Source: Longimicrobiales bacterium
Lineage (GTDB): Bacteria; Gemmatimonadota; Gemmatimonadetes; Longimicrobiales; Gaopeijiaceae
Length of the DNA: 64,000 nucleotides
NCBI GenBank assembly: GCA_965198065.1
Contig: CBDAON010000004.1
Coordinates: 832,001-896,000, forward strand
Direction of reading: 5' to 3'
Shown here one piece after another: positions 8,925 to 19,013 of the stretch. Below the pieces are notes generated by a model. That model made no database searches. It was not told where the DNA came from and saw nothing but the letters and a program-made list of their open reading frames with translations. The first letter of the stretch is position 1; each line of letters starts with the position of its first letter. Made by a program: the position numbers and the translations under genes.

Positions 8925-11900
8925 TCAGACGCCGGCGACCTGCGGGGCCTCGTCCAGCCGGACACCCACGACCGAACTCACCCCCGCCTCCTCCATCGTC
9001 ACGCCGTAAATCCAGTCGGCCGCCTCGATCGTGCGTGGGTTGTGCGTGATGACCACGAACTGCGTCTTTTCCTTGAATCCCGAGAGCAGCCGGATGAACC
9101 GTCCGATGTTGGCCTCGTCGAGCGGGGCATCCACCTCGTCCATCACGCAAAAGGGCGACGGCTTCACCAGGTAGATCCCGAAGAGGAGGGAGAGCGCCGT
9201 GAGCGCCCGCTCCCCACCGGAGAGCAGGTCGATTCTCTGGGTTCTCTTGCCTCTGGGCGCCGCGTGGATCTCTACGTCCGACTCCAGGGGGTCCTCGGGA
9301 TCCGCGAGCCGGACGTCGCACTCCCCGCCCTCGAAGAGGTGGTGGAACGTTTCCTGGAACCGCGCGCAGATCGCCTCGAACGTCTCCGTGAAGATCCGCG
9401 TCGCGGTCTGGTTGATTTCCCGGATGGCTTCCCGGAGATCGTTGCGAGCGCGGACTAGATCGTCCCTCTGTTCCTTTAGGAAGGCGAGACGCGCGCCTTC
9501 TTCCTGGTGCTCCTCGACGGCGAGGAGGTTTACGGGGCCCAGGCGACCGAGCGCTTCGACGACTTCGCGTAGCTCTTCCTGGAGCTCCTCCGGACTCCCG
9601 TCAACCTGGCCGGCCTCGTCTAGGAGCTCCTGGAGCGGACGCCCCCACTCGGCCTCCAGCCGGTCGCGGAGCCTCTCGTCCCTGCCCGCGATATCCTGAG
9701 CCTCGAGCTCGAGTAGGTGGCGCTTCTCGGAGGCCTCGCGCTCCAGGGACCGGACCTCCTTCGCCTCGCGCTCGGCCTCCCGTACACGCTCCCGGAGGCT
9801 TCCGAGCGTCCCCTCGGCGGAGCCGAGGGCGTGCTCGGACTCGGACAGACGAGCGAAGAGCGCCTCGGTCTCCGCCCCTCCTTCCTGCCGGAGGTTTTGG
9901 ATCCGCTCGGCTTCATCCTCGAGCTCCGCGCGCTCGCGGTCGAGCGCCTCGACTTTCGTCCCCGCCTCGGCCAGTGCGCGATCGAGCTCTTCCGCGCGCT
10001 CGACGAGTCGGGCGTCCTCTCCCTCGAGCCGGGTCCGCTCTACCGTGAGCGTGGCCTCGCGAGCCCGGGACGCCTCCCAACGCTCTTGGACTTCGTCGAG
10101 GCGGTCTCTCGTTTCGCCCCGCCGCTCCCGAAGCGATTCCTCCTCCAGGAGCAAAGACTCCCGCTCCCGCTCACCCTCGGCCGCGCGCTCCTCGCCGCGC
10201 GCCCTGGCGGAGCGCGCGTGCGCCAGCTGGCTCTCGAGCTCGACGATCGACTGCTCGAGCCGGGTTCGCTGCTCCGAGTGAGTGGTCGCTTCCGCGCGAG
10301 CCGCTCGATGGGCGTCTTCGGTGTCTCGTAGCGCCGAGCGCGAGCGCTCGGCTTCCTCCTCGAGGGTGTCGGCGGCGCTCGCCAGCCCCTCCCGGTCTGC
10401 CCTGGCGCGGCTCAGCTCGTCCTCGGCCCTCCCCAACTCCACCGCGAGCGCCCGGAGCCGCTCCCTCCGATCGAGCAGACCGGACGAGCCCTGGGGATTC
10501 CCCAGCCAGAACGCACCACGGCGGTCGATCCACGCGCCGTCACGGGCCAGAGGGTCTCCGGACGTCGTCGAGTCCGTCGCGAGGGCAACCGGGCTCACGA
10601 GCTCGACCCCGTCCAGGAGGGCCTGAACCCACGGTGCCCCCGCCCCCTCGGGAGAGATGCGGTCGAGGACTCCGCCGCGGCCACCTCCCGGGGGCACCCG
10701 GTCGAGGGGCAGAAGAATCAGACCGCCCCCGCCCCCCCATTCCTCCCGAAACCACCCCGCAAGCCTTGAGGCCGTGGACGCATCCCGCACCACGACCGCC
10801 TTGAGCAGGACTCCCAACGACGTCTCCACCGTAGCCGTCATCTCCGGATCCGCCATGACGAAGTCGGCCAGGATCCCGAGGACTCCATCCTCGTCACGCT
10901 CAAGGATCGCGCGAACCGCCGGATCAACTCCCTCGCGGTCCCGCTCCATGCGGTCGAGGGCCGCCCGCTCCGCGGCGAGCCGTCCGCACAGATCCTGCGC
11001 GTTCATCTCAACGTCCCTCGCTCGCTGGAGTCTCGGGCGGGCCTCTCCCACGGCCGCGAGCTTCTCCTCGACACCACGACGCGCGGTCTCGACGTCGGCG
11101 AAAAGCGTCGCCACGCGATCCGCAAAGAGGTCGCCCTGCGACTCGGCCTCCGACAGGGCCTCCCTGGCCTCCGAGAGCTCGCGGTCGAGTTGCCCGATTC
11201 GCCCGGTGAGCTCTCCCTTCCGCGCCTCCGAGGCCTCCGCATCTCCATGGAGCTGGGCGAGTCGGCGAGCCGCCTCGCGCTCCCGCCCCTCAACGTCGGC
11301 CACCGCGTCACGAGCGAGAGAGAGAGCGTCCCGGATCCCCAGAGCTTCGGCCTCGTGGCGCTCGAACTCATCTTGGACTTGAGCCAGCTCTGCCCTCCGA
11401 AGACGGATATCCTCAGTCACGCTCGACTGGCGCGTCTCGGTCTGGGCCGCGCGCCCCCGAGCCTCGCTCCGTTCGACGTCGATGCGTGCCATCCGCTTCT
11501 CCGCGTGCTCGACCTTCTCCTCGGCGACCGCGAGCTCCCGCTCCCAGCGAGCTAGATCGGCTCGAATCGCCTCCACCCGAGACGCCGAATCGGAGCGCTC
11601 CGATTCGGCGGAAGCCTCCTCGATCCGCAAGGTCTCGAGCCCGCTTTCCTGGGCCGCCACGCGCCCATGGAGCCCCGCCTCGTCGGCCACGTCTCCGGCC
11701 AGTGCGGTCTGAACGTCCCGAAGGCTCCGCTCGAGCTCCGCGAGCTGCGCGCGGGTGAGCGTCATCTCGACGTCCAACCTACGGCGGCGAAGCTCCCCGA
11801 ATCGCTCCGCCTTCCCCTTCTGGCGCGCGAGCGAGCGCACCTTGCTCTGGACCTCGCCGATCAGGTCCTCCAGCCGCTGGAGGTCGACCTCCGCTCGCTC

Positions 11901-12446
11901 GAGCCGCCTGGAGGCCGCCCGTCGGCGATCCTTGTACTTCCCGATCCCCGCCGCTTCCTCGAACAGGCCCCGGCGCTCTTCCGCACGGTCCGAGAGGATC
12001 ACGTCGATCATCCGATTCTCGATGACCGCGTACGCGTTGGTCCCGAGCCCCGTATCCCGACACAGGTCGTGAATGTCCTTGAGTCGGCACGAGGACCGGT
12101 TCAGGAAGTATTCACTCCTGCTGCCGTCTCGATAAACCGTCCTCGCGAACTCCACTTCCTGGAAGGGGACGGCCAGGACGCGATCCTCGTTCCCCACCTC
12201 CATCGAGACGGAGGCGCGGTTCACGGGACGGCGGTTCACGGTGCCCTGGAAGATCACCTCCTCCATCTTCGCGCCTCGAATCGCGGTCGGGCGCTGCTCA
12301 CCCAGGACCCACCGGATGGCGTCCGCGAGGTTCGACTTGCCGCAGCCGTTCGGACCCACGATGGCCGTAATGCCGTCGTGGAAGACGATCTCGGTCCGAT
12401 CCGAGAAAGACTTGAAGCCGTGAAGTCGGAGGGCTCGGAGCTTCAT
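8925..12446 (-). CDS. smc: Chromosome segregation protein SMC
   Basis: GFKSF, GPNGCGKSN, coiled coils and hinge, LSGGE, DEVDAPLD; ATG at 12446. Confidence 0.97.
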   Translation of the reverse strand: MKLRALRLHGFKSFSDRTEIVFHDGITAIVGPNGCGKSNLADAIRWVLGEQRPTAIRGAKMEEVIFQGTVNRRPVNRASVSMEVGNEDRVLAVPFQEVEFARTVYRDGSRSEYFLNRSSCRLKDIHDLCRDTGLGTNAYAVIENRMIDVILSDRAEERRGLFEEAAGIGKYKDRRRAASRRLERAEVDLQRLEDLIGEVQSKVRSLARQKGKAERFGELRRRRLDVEMTLTRAQLAELERSLRDVQTALAGDVADEAGLHGRVAAQESGLETLRIEEASAESERSDSASRVEAIRADLARWERELAVAEEKVEHAEKRMARIDVERSEARGRAAQTETRQSSVTEDIRLRRAELAQVQDEFERHEAEALGIRDALSLARDAVADVEGREREAARRLAQLHGDAEASEARKGELTGRIGQLDRELSEAREALSEAESQGDLFADRVATLFADVETARRGVEEKLAAVGEARPRLQRARDVEMNAQDLCGRLAAERAALDRMERDREGVDPAVRAILERDEDGVLGILADFVMADPEMTATVETSLGVLLKAVVVRDASTASRLAGWFREEWGGGGGLILLPLDRVPPGGGRGGVLDRISPEGAGAPWVQALLDGVELVSPVALATDSTTSGDPLARDGAWIDRRGAFWLGNPQGSSGLLDRRERLRALAVELGRAEDELSRARADREGLASAADTLEEEAERSRSALRDTEDAHRAARAEATTHSEQRTRLEQSIVELESQLAHARSARARGEERAAEGERERESLLLEEESLRERRGETRDRLDEVQERWEASRAREATLTVERTRLEGEDARLVERAEELDRALAEAGTKVEALDRERAELEDEAERIQNLRQEGGAETEALFARLSESEHALGSAEGTLGSLRERVREAEREAKEVRSLEREASEKRHLLELEAQDIAGRDERLRDRLEAEWGRPLQELLDEAGQVDGSPEELQEELREVVEALGRLGPVNLLAVEEHQEEGARLAFLKEQRDDLVRARNDLREAIREINQTATRIFTETFEAICARFQETFHHLFEGGECDVRLADPEDPLESDVEIHAAPRGKRTQRIDLLSGGERALTALSLLFGIYLVKPSPFCVMDEVDAPLDEANIGRFIRLLSGFKEKTQFVVITHNPRTIEAADWIYGVTMEEAGVSSVVGVRLDEAPQVAGV

Positions 12447-13771
12447 CCCCGTGCTTCGGATCTGGCGTCGGGATGGAACAGCGCGAAGGGGGGACTCGAG
12501 ACCGCGATCCCGGTCGTGGACATGAGCCCCGGGATCGTGAAGTATCCGAGCCAGGCGCCGACGAGCACGAGAGCCACGACCAGGAGGAGGAGCACAAGCA
12601 GGAGGGGGCTGACCGCTCGATCCTTCTTCCCCTGCCCCTCCGGGGCGACGCCGGTCGGCTCGGCTTGACCGCGCGCCTCGCCTTCCTCGAACCACTCCTC
12701 AGTGAACGGGGCCGGCGCGGGCGCACGAACGGGTTCGGGTAGCGCGGCGGGAAGGCCAGACGGGGGCGCCGCCGCCTCGGCATCTGGCGCTTCCTCGACG
12801 GCCTCCTCGACTTCGAGCCCTCCCTCCGCGTCAACAGCCCCCTCCACGCCAAGGGGCTCCTCTTCGACGTCCTCCCCGAGGTCAACCGCGCCCTCGAGGT
12901 GAATGGCTTCCTCGACGTCGACAACCTCCTCGACTAGGCCCGGCCCGTTCGGAAGCTCCGTGCCGACGTCCTCTAAGGCGGTATCCCGGGCCTCTTCCTC
13001 GAGAGTCGACCGGCCCTCTTCCTCCTCAGCTTCCCCTACCTCGAGGGGAACGGACCTCTCCAGCTCGAGCGCCCCGCCGGAACCTTCGGCCTCCGGCGCC
13101 GCGGCTTCGAGCGCGTCCGCCGACGGGGCGAGGGCTTCCTCGCTCACCACCTCCTCGACCCCGCTCGCGGTCCGATCTACCGCTTCCAAAGCCTCGTCCG
13201 TCCGAGACGGGGGCGTTGTCTCGGGCGCCACCTTCGTCTCCCCCCCCACGGATGGCGCCGTGAGTCGGTAGACGCGGTCCCCCTCCGCCGCGAGCGCGCC
13301 CACGTCCTCATCTTCCGAGGGAACGTAGAGCACAAGGACGCTCCCCGACTCGCGAAACGCGGCGAGGAGAGAGGACCAGCGGGGGTGGGCGTACACCCGA
13401 CCCACGTCCGCCACGACCGTCCCGGCCGACACGAAGAGGAAACCCGACCCAGGTGGCCTCCGCGCCACCCTGAACGGGGACGCGCCGTACAGCACCATGT
13501 CCGAGAGGCCTTCACCGTCCGTCACACCCACGACACCGTCGAGGCCTGCGCCCGCGAGGTCAGCATCAGCTAGGATCACTCGCCGGCCGGCCGCGCTCCA
13601 TCCGCGAGCGATCGCGATCGCGGTCCGCCCCGGCCAGCCCTGGTCATGTGCGTCCTCGTCGGCCAGGAGCACCACGACTTCTCCCTGCTCGGACGCTGGA
13701 GCGGCGAGGTCCTCCGGGACCGCTGGATACGTCGGATCGACGAGGATGACGTCGGCGGGGTGGCGGGTCAT
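12443..13771 (-). CDS. Hypothetical protein: MinD-like N-terminal segment, acidic linker, C-terminal TM helix
   Basis: GRRVILADADL...GLSDMV; Glu-rich middle; hydrophobic LLLVLLLLVVALVLV; stop overlaps the smc start. Confidence 0.7.
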   Translation of the reverse strand: MTRHPADVILVDPTYPAVPEDLAAPASEQGEVVVLLADEDAHDQGWPGRTAIAIARGWSAAGRRVILADADLAGAGLDGVVGVTDGEGLSDMVLYGASPFRVARRPPGSGFLFVSAGTVVADVGRVYAHPRWSSLLAAFRESGSVLVLYVPSEDEDVGALAAEGDRVYRLTAPSVGGETKVAPETTPPSRTDEALEAVDRTASGVEEVVSEEALAPSADALEAAAPEAEGSGGALELERSVPLEVGEAEEEEGRSTLEEEARDTALEDVGTELPNGPGLVEEVVDVEEAIHLEGAVDLGEDVEEEPLGVEGAVDAEGGLEVEEAVEEAPDAEAAAPPSGLPAALPEPVRAPAPAPFTEEWFEEGEARGQAEPTGVAPEGQGKKDRAVSPLLLVLLLLVVALVLVGAWLGYFTIPGLMSTTGIAVSSPPFALFHPDARSEARG

Positions 13772-13880
13772 TTCTCAACGAGTGTGAGGAAAGGGGCATT
13801 CTAGGGATCGTTCCATCGCTCCGCAATTTGATCCTCCCAATTTGACTTCGAGCGCACCGGTACCCCCCCCAGCACGTCGC

Positions 13881-14237
13881 TCATCCGAAATCTCGTCGAG
13901 GAGCGTCGCCCCAGAGAGCCTCTAGTTGGTAAAACGCGCGGGCCTCGGGGTGGAAGACGTGGACGACAACGTCGATGTAATCCGCGAGCACCCAGCGTCC
14001 CCCCGAGAGCCCCTCAATGTGACTCGGCGGAACACCTTCCGACTTGAGCTCTCGAACCATGTGCTCGGCAATCGAGCGAACGTGCACGTCCGAGGTGCCG
14101 CTGGCGAGGAGGAAGAAGTCGGTGGCGGAGGAGATCCCGCGGAGGTCGAGCGAGACGACGTCCTGCGCCTTCCGTTCCAGCGCGAGCTCCACCGCGCGTT
14201 CAAGGAGGGGGGGAGGGTCCGAGACGGGGCCGCTCAC
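13881..14237 (-). CDS. rsfS: Ribosome silencing factor RsfS
   Basis: KAQDV, DFFLLASG, WVLADY, HVF, RAFYQLEALW. Confidence 0.95.
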   Translation of the reverse strand: MSGPVSDPPPLLERAVELALERKAQDVVSLDLRGISSATDFFLLASGTSDVHVRSIAEHMVRELKSEGVPPSHIEGLSGGRWVLADYIDVVVHVFHPEARAFYQLEALWGDAPRRDFG

Positions 14238-14271
14238 CGTGGAGGTAGGCGCCGTTCGGTCGGTGGCACCA

Positions 14272-14727
14272 TCAAGCGTCCTCCCGCTCCACCCTGACCT
14301 CGATGCTCACCTCAACCTCTGGCGCGAGTCGAATCGGGACCTGATAGACGCCAATCTCCTTAATCGGCTCTTCCATGAGCACGTGTCGCCTCTCCACCTC
14401 GAAGTCGAGGCCGCGAGCGCCAAGCTCGCCCACGATGTCGGCCACCGAGACGGACCCGAAGAGACGACCTTCCTCGGACGCCCTGGCCGTAAACGAGAGC
14501 GAGATCCCCTCGAGCTGCGAGGAGCGTCTCCGCGCCTCCAGGTATTCGCGCCGGCCGCTTTCCTTCTCGGCCCTCTGCTCCGCTTCCAGCCTCCGCACGT
14601 TGGCTTCCGACGCCTCGTACGCGAGGCCCTGAGGAAGAAGGTAGTTCCTGGCGTACCCGGATTTGACCGACACAACCTCTCCGGCCTGGCCCAGGTTCTC
14701 GATTGTCCTCTTCAGGATCAGCTTCAT
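14272..14727 (-). CDS. rplI: 50S ribosomal protein L9
   Basis: LGQAGEVVSVKSGYARNYLLP, GRLFGSV. Confidence 0.97.
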   Translation of the reverse strand: MKLILKRTIENLGQAGEVVSVKSGYARNYLLPQGLAYEASEANVRRLEAEQRAEKESGRREYLEARRRSSQLEGISLSFTARASEEGRLFGSVSVADIVGELGARGLDFEVERRHVLMEEPIKEIGVYQVPIRLAPEVEVSIEVRVEREDA

Positions 14728-14767
14728 GCACCGCTCCCGCGTTGTGAAAAGTCCGTCCCTCGTTTCA

Positions 14768-15700
14768 CTATCTCGGACCACCGCTCCCGGTCGACGGCAA
14801 GCGGGATCGCAGGTCGAGCCACGAGTCACCCATCCCGATCAGGAGCGCGCTAACGAGAAGCAGAGGTGCCGCGAGAAGAAGCGCCAACCCCAGCAGGATT
14901 CCGCCCACGAGCGACAGCCCCCCGAGGAAGAACACGACCACGCCGAAGCCCCTGAGGATGTAGAGGGCTCCCATGAAGGCCACGAGGTTCGTGCCCGCGC
15001 GTCCCCAGCCCGCAGTCCACCCGGTCGTCAGCACAAGCACGACTCCTGCGATGAAGACCCAGATGAGCGCGTCCGGGAACCTGAACTCGCGAAATGGGCG
15101 AAGCCCCTGATCCGAACGGGTCGTTAGGCGGAAGTGCAGCCACCAACCCACGCCCATGGAGGCCAGCGTGCTCAGCGCGACGAGCGAAGGGAACAGAATG
15201 CCCTGCAGCTCGGCCGTGCGAGCCACGGTTTCCTCCAGCTGCGGCCGAACGCTTCCATCAGATAGCGGCGCCACGAGGGCAAGGGTCTCGGAGACACTAG
15301 CCTCGATCCGGTTCACCATGAGAAGCTCCACCGCGTCCCAGCCGTCGGAGGTCAGCAGGATGCCGGCGCCCGCGGCCGTGCCGGCCGCCAACGACCAGAG
15401 CGCCCGCGGCAGGAACGGACGGTTCGGCCAGGCCATCGTGTAAGCTGCGAACGCGCCGCCCACGAGTAGCGCCCACCCCCGTTCCACGTACCAGAGTCCT
15501 CCGGCCGGCGCCGCAGCGAATACGACGGAAAAGGCGACCGCCGCGACGAGGACCGTGAACCACCTCCGCTCCGGAACAACCAGGGTCAACAGGGAGAACG
15601 TGACGCCCACGACGACCAGAGGCTGCCCTACCGCGAGACTGACGGCCAACGCGAAGAGGCCGATGGGCCGGAGCCAGCGCCGCTCCCGGGGTTCGTGCAT
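14768..15700 (-). CDS. DUF2232/YybS-like membrane protein
   Basis: Multi-TM; FREFRFPDALIW and DSWLDLR motifs; position between rpsR and rplI. Confidence 0.8.
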   Translation of the reverse strand: MHEPRERRWLRPIGLFALAVSLAVGQPLVVVGVTFSLLTLVVPERRWFTVLVAAVAFSVVFAAAPAGGLWYVERGWALLVGGAFAAYTMAWPNRPFLPRALWSLAAGTAAGAGILLTSDGWDAVELLMVNRIEASVSETLALVAPLSDGSVRPQLEETVARTAELQGILFPSLVALSTLASMGVGWWLHFRLTTRSDQGLRPFREFRFPDALIWVFIAGVVLVLTTGWTAGWGRAGTNLVAFMGALYILRGFGVVVFFLGGLSLVGGILLGLALLLAAPLLLVSALLIGMGDSWLDLRSRLPSTGSGGPR

Positions 15701-15716
15701 CCTCTCTCAGCGACTG

Positions 15717-16355
15717 TTAACGCCCGTGCTTCTGCACGTACGGGAGGAGCGCCAGGTATCGGGCTCGCTTGACCGCCCGACCGAGCTGCCGCTGGAAGCG
15801 TGCGGTGACCTTGGTGGTCCGTCGTGGCAGGATCTTTCCCTGCTCCGTCACGAAACGCGAGAGGGTGCCCACGTCCTTGTAGTTCAGGAGCTCGATCCGG
15901 GGACCCTCTATCCGGCGACGTCGGCCCCGTCCGCCGGAGAACTCGGGTGGCGAGGCCTCCCCGCGGCCGAAGTCCTCCTCCTCCTCCTCGTCCTCCTCGT
16001 CGTCATCCTCCTTCCGGGAGGGACTCGGCGGCGCCTCCGCGAGAACCGACATCCCCGAGGTGGGCTCACCTTCGCCGAAAACCACAAGATACCGGAGCAG
16101 CTCCTCGTCCAGCTTGAGGACGCGCTCAAGCTCGCCGATCGCGGAAGGCTCGGCCGTGAATTGGGCGACGACGTAATAGCCCTGGTGCTGACCCTTGACC
16201 TCATACGCGAGCTGGCGCATCCCCCACTGGTCCACCGCCGTGACCGCGGCACCGTCGCCGCCGGTCACAAGGCCGTGGAACCTGGCCAGCTTTTCGTTCA
16301 CCGCCTCCTCGCCCAGAGAGGGGTGGAACATGTAGACGACCTCGTACTCTCGCAT
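15717..16355 (-). CDS. rpsF-rpsR: Fused 30S ribosomal proteins S6-S18
   Basis: N-terminal S6 ([26 protein letters not shown]), acidic linker, C-terminal S18 ([31 protein letters not shown]); no internal stop. Confidence 0.9.
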   Translation of the reverse strand: MREYEVVYMFHPSLGEEAVNEKLARFHGLVTGGDGAAVTAVDQWGMRQLAYEVKGQHQGYYVVAQFTAEPSAIGELERVLKLDEELLRYLVVFGEGEPTSGMSVLAEAPPSPSRKEDDDEEDEEEEEDFGRGEASPPEFSGGRGRRRRIEGPRIELLNYKDVGTLSRFVTEQGKILPRRTTKVTARFQRQLGRAVKRARYLALLPYVQKHGR

Positions 16356-16361
16356 GGACAT

Positions 16362-16415
16362 GTTCCCCTTGGTCCGTGTGGTCACGGGCCCCGCCGGCGC
16401 GACGGAGCGGGTGAA
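16362..16415 (-). promoter_or_regulatory. Candidate S6:S18 ribosomal leader
   Basis: TTCACCC can pair with the SD region AAGGGGAA; 9-bp hairpin GCTCCGTCG-CGC-CGGCGGGGC followed by unpaired CCG. Confidence 0.5.
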
Positions 16416-16669
16416 GCCTGTGAAGATATGGGCTCTAGCGACCCGATTCAATCCGCTCCGGATCGAAGCGAACCTCCTCGCTGGTGAGCATCTTGATCCT
16501 CGTCACGGATCCCCGGACCACCGGGCCATGCTGGCCCATGAACTCCGGCTGCGCCATGCGCCCGAGGACGGCCAGGGCGCCAGCAGGCATGTTGATCACG
16601 CGACTCCGGCGGGCTAGGTTCGCCGCCCACCGTTCGAGCCCCGGCGCGAACTGCACAAGGAGCGGACCC

Positions 16670-16969
16670 ATGGAGTACAAGGACCCGATCGAGGTTTCCC
16701 CCGGGAACTACCGCCTCTTGCTCGAGGACGGGGACTACCGGATGGTCGAGATGTGGCTGCCCGCCGGCACGAGCGACATCGAGCACTCTCACCCGAACGA
16801 GATGGTGTACTTCATCACCGGAGGCAAGGTGCGGATTAACTTGCCCAGCGCCGATCCGGTGGAGCTGGAAATCCCGGATGGGCACGCCATGAAGCACGAG
16901 CCGTGGACACACACGGTGGAGAACATCGGGGACACGGACATCAAGGCCATCCTGTTCGAGCGTAAGTAA
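16670..16969 (+). CDS. Cupin-domain protein
   Basis: EHSHP...YFITGG; HEPWTHTVENIG. Confidence 0.85.
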   Translation: MEYKDPIEVSPGNYRLLLEDGDYRMVEMWLPAGTSDIEHSHPNEMVYFITGGKVRINLPSADPVELEIPDGHAMKHEPWTHTVENIGDTDIKAILFERK

Positions 16970-17200
16970 GAGGGGTTTTGGGGCCGCGTGCGCCAGGGGA
17001 GCCCTCCTCGCTCCCCGCCCGTTCCCCCCAACGCCTCCCGTCCGTCCTCAGACGTTGAAGCGGGACGCACGAGACCCCCGATCCGGCGAAGTCCGCCAGA
17101 TTCGGGGGCTTTCGGCTTTCGGGCCGCCGACTTCGGGGGGGTTTCCGCCGGTCGGTCTGTTTCGGATGCTGCGTCAGTAGGAATCGCTTCTTAGGCAGCG

Positions 17201-17699
17201 TCAGTCCACACCCTCAGCGTCATCGGTCACAGTTCGGGCTCCCGCGCGCAGGCGCCACAGGAGCAGGGTCAGATACCCTCCGCTCATTAGGATCAACACA
17301 ATCTGGTTCGCGGCGGGATGCACAATGACCAAAAACGCGAGTAGTAGAGTCGTCGCCGTTGCCGCCATCCCCAGAGCCCAGCGCTCTCTGCGTCTCACGC
17401 GGCGGTAGAGCATCGTGTTCACAACGCCACTGTACACGACGATCAAGCCGATAGTCAGCAGCCAAGCCCGGCGTGTGTCGTAGGGATCGTCGTTCAACAG
17501 AGGGATAGGGGCCACCGAGATCGAATGGAGGGCGCCGGCAACGGTCAGGAGGAGTCCGAACGTGAGAGCAACCGCGGCCGCCAAAGCATCCCCGGCTTCT
17601 GTGCCCGATCTCATAAAGTGACGCCCACAGGAGTGCGACGACAAGTCCCCAGAAGAGCGAGAGAGCTGCCGTCAGCGTGAGGACGTCTGAATTGTCCAC
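17201..17699 (-). pseudogene. Membrane protein, frameshifted at about 17590
   Basis: Two consecutive hydrophobic reading frames that join into a multi-TM protein. Confidence 0.5.
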
Positions 17700-17944
17700 C
17701 GACGCCCCACCTCCCGCACGTCGAGGGTGACGCTGTCTATCGGATTGCGATTCTGATGCGCGACCAAGATGTGGACCGCAAGAGAAGGGTGCGATCCTCA
17801 TGCCTAGAATTGCTGGCCGAGGCGCCACCGCATGGAGCGCCCGTTCGCGCGAACGGGGAACGGAATCAAAGCCAGGCGCGTTCGGGTGGACACATGACGA
17901 TTCCCGTCCGGAGTTCGATCACCCTGAAGAGGATATGAATCCGA

Positions 17945-18474
17945 TGTCCTTTCGCGTGAGTTACACTCGGATGCGCGCCGTACTCCCCGGAATCATGCTT
18001 GCGCTGTCCCTCGCCCTAGCCCAGTCGGCGGAGGCGCAGACCCTCAGCGCGAGGGCCTCGACCATGATCGGTCAGCAGCTGACGGGCGCGTTCACTGCCG
18101 ACAGCCCGTTCACGCCCGACGCGCCCGATCACCTGTGGTTCGACGTGGGCAACGGAACGTACCTCTTCCTCCACACGAATGAGCCCCTCGCTCAAGCCAC
18201 TGGGCTCATGTTCACCGGATGGGCGGTGGAGGGCCGGTGGTGCGCGGAAGACCAGCCAAGCCCGGAGTTCACACACTTCCATCGGATTGCGAGAGTGGGA
18301 GCCTGGGGTGCCGGCCACGGGGGCTCGACGCCCGGCGAGCCCGGCTACTGGCTGAAGCACGTCGCGCTGCGGCGCATGGAAATGCCGGCGATGATGGGGA
18401 TGCCGGCACGCACGATCCAGCCCGGTGCCGATGCCATGTTCATGCCGACGCGGGCGCCCACGTGTGGCGCCTGA
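17945..18474 (+). CDS. Secreted His/Met-rich hypothetical protein
   Basis: Signal peptide ending AEA; FLH, FTHFHR, GHGG, YWLKH, MEMPAMMGM; start uncertain. Confidence 0.7.
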
Positions 18475-19013
18475 GCGCGCCTGGAGCGTCGCCCGCGGCA
18501 GCCTGCCTCCTCCTGCTTCTCGCGGGCGGGGCAGGCTGCTCGGGCGACGCTTCCGTCGCGGAGGGGGCGGAGAACAAGTTATCCGCGGCGACGGCCCCCC
18601 CCCTGGAGACGGACCCCCCGTTCATGACGGTCCGGGCAACCGCGGATGCCGACCCTGCCGTGGGTCAGGAGCTATTCGGGACAATCGGGTGCAATGGCTG
18701 CCACATGATCGACGGCGTGGGCGGCAGCGTCGGGCCGGACCTGAGCGCCGTCGGCGCGCGGCCATCGCGGGCCCCTACCCGTTGGTCGAGCACGGAGGCA
18801 TACGTGCGGGCCTCGCTTGAGGGGCCCTGAGATTACGTGGTCGACGGGTATACGCCGGACATGCCTCCGCCGGATCGGCTCGGGATCACGCGGCCGGACA
18901 TCGAGCATCTCGTGGCGTACCTGTTGATCCTTCGGGGCGGGGCAGTTCGAGGCCTCGATCCCGACTGGACTGAGACGCTGAGCGACCCGAGATTCCGAGG
19001 GGGCTTTCCATGA
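18462..19013 (+). pseudogene. Cytochrome c lipoprotein with in-frame TGA
   Basis: Lipobox GAGC, CNGCH, VGPDLS; TGA at 18828-18830, then the same frame continues DYVVDGYTPDMP to a stop at 19013. Confidence 0.75.

Noticed and set aside
16420..16660. Possible 6S RNA or tmRNA in the cupin-rpsF gap
   Set aside because: No tRNA-like ends and no long central-bubble duplex could be identified
18828..18830. In-frame TGA in the cytochrome c gene as selenocysteine
   Set aside because: The position is not a Cys or redox site, no convincing SECIS hairpin follows, and neighbouring genes are also decayed; a nonsense mutation is simpler
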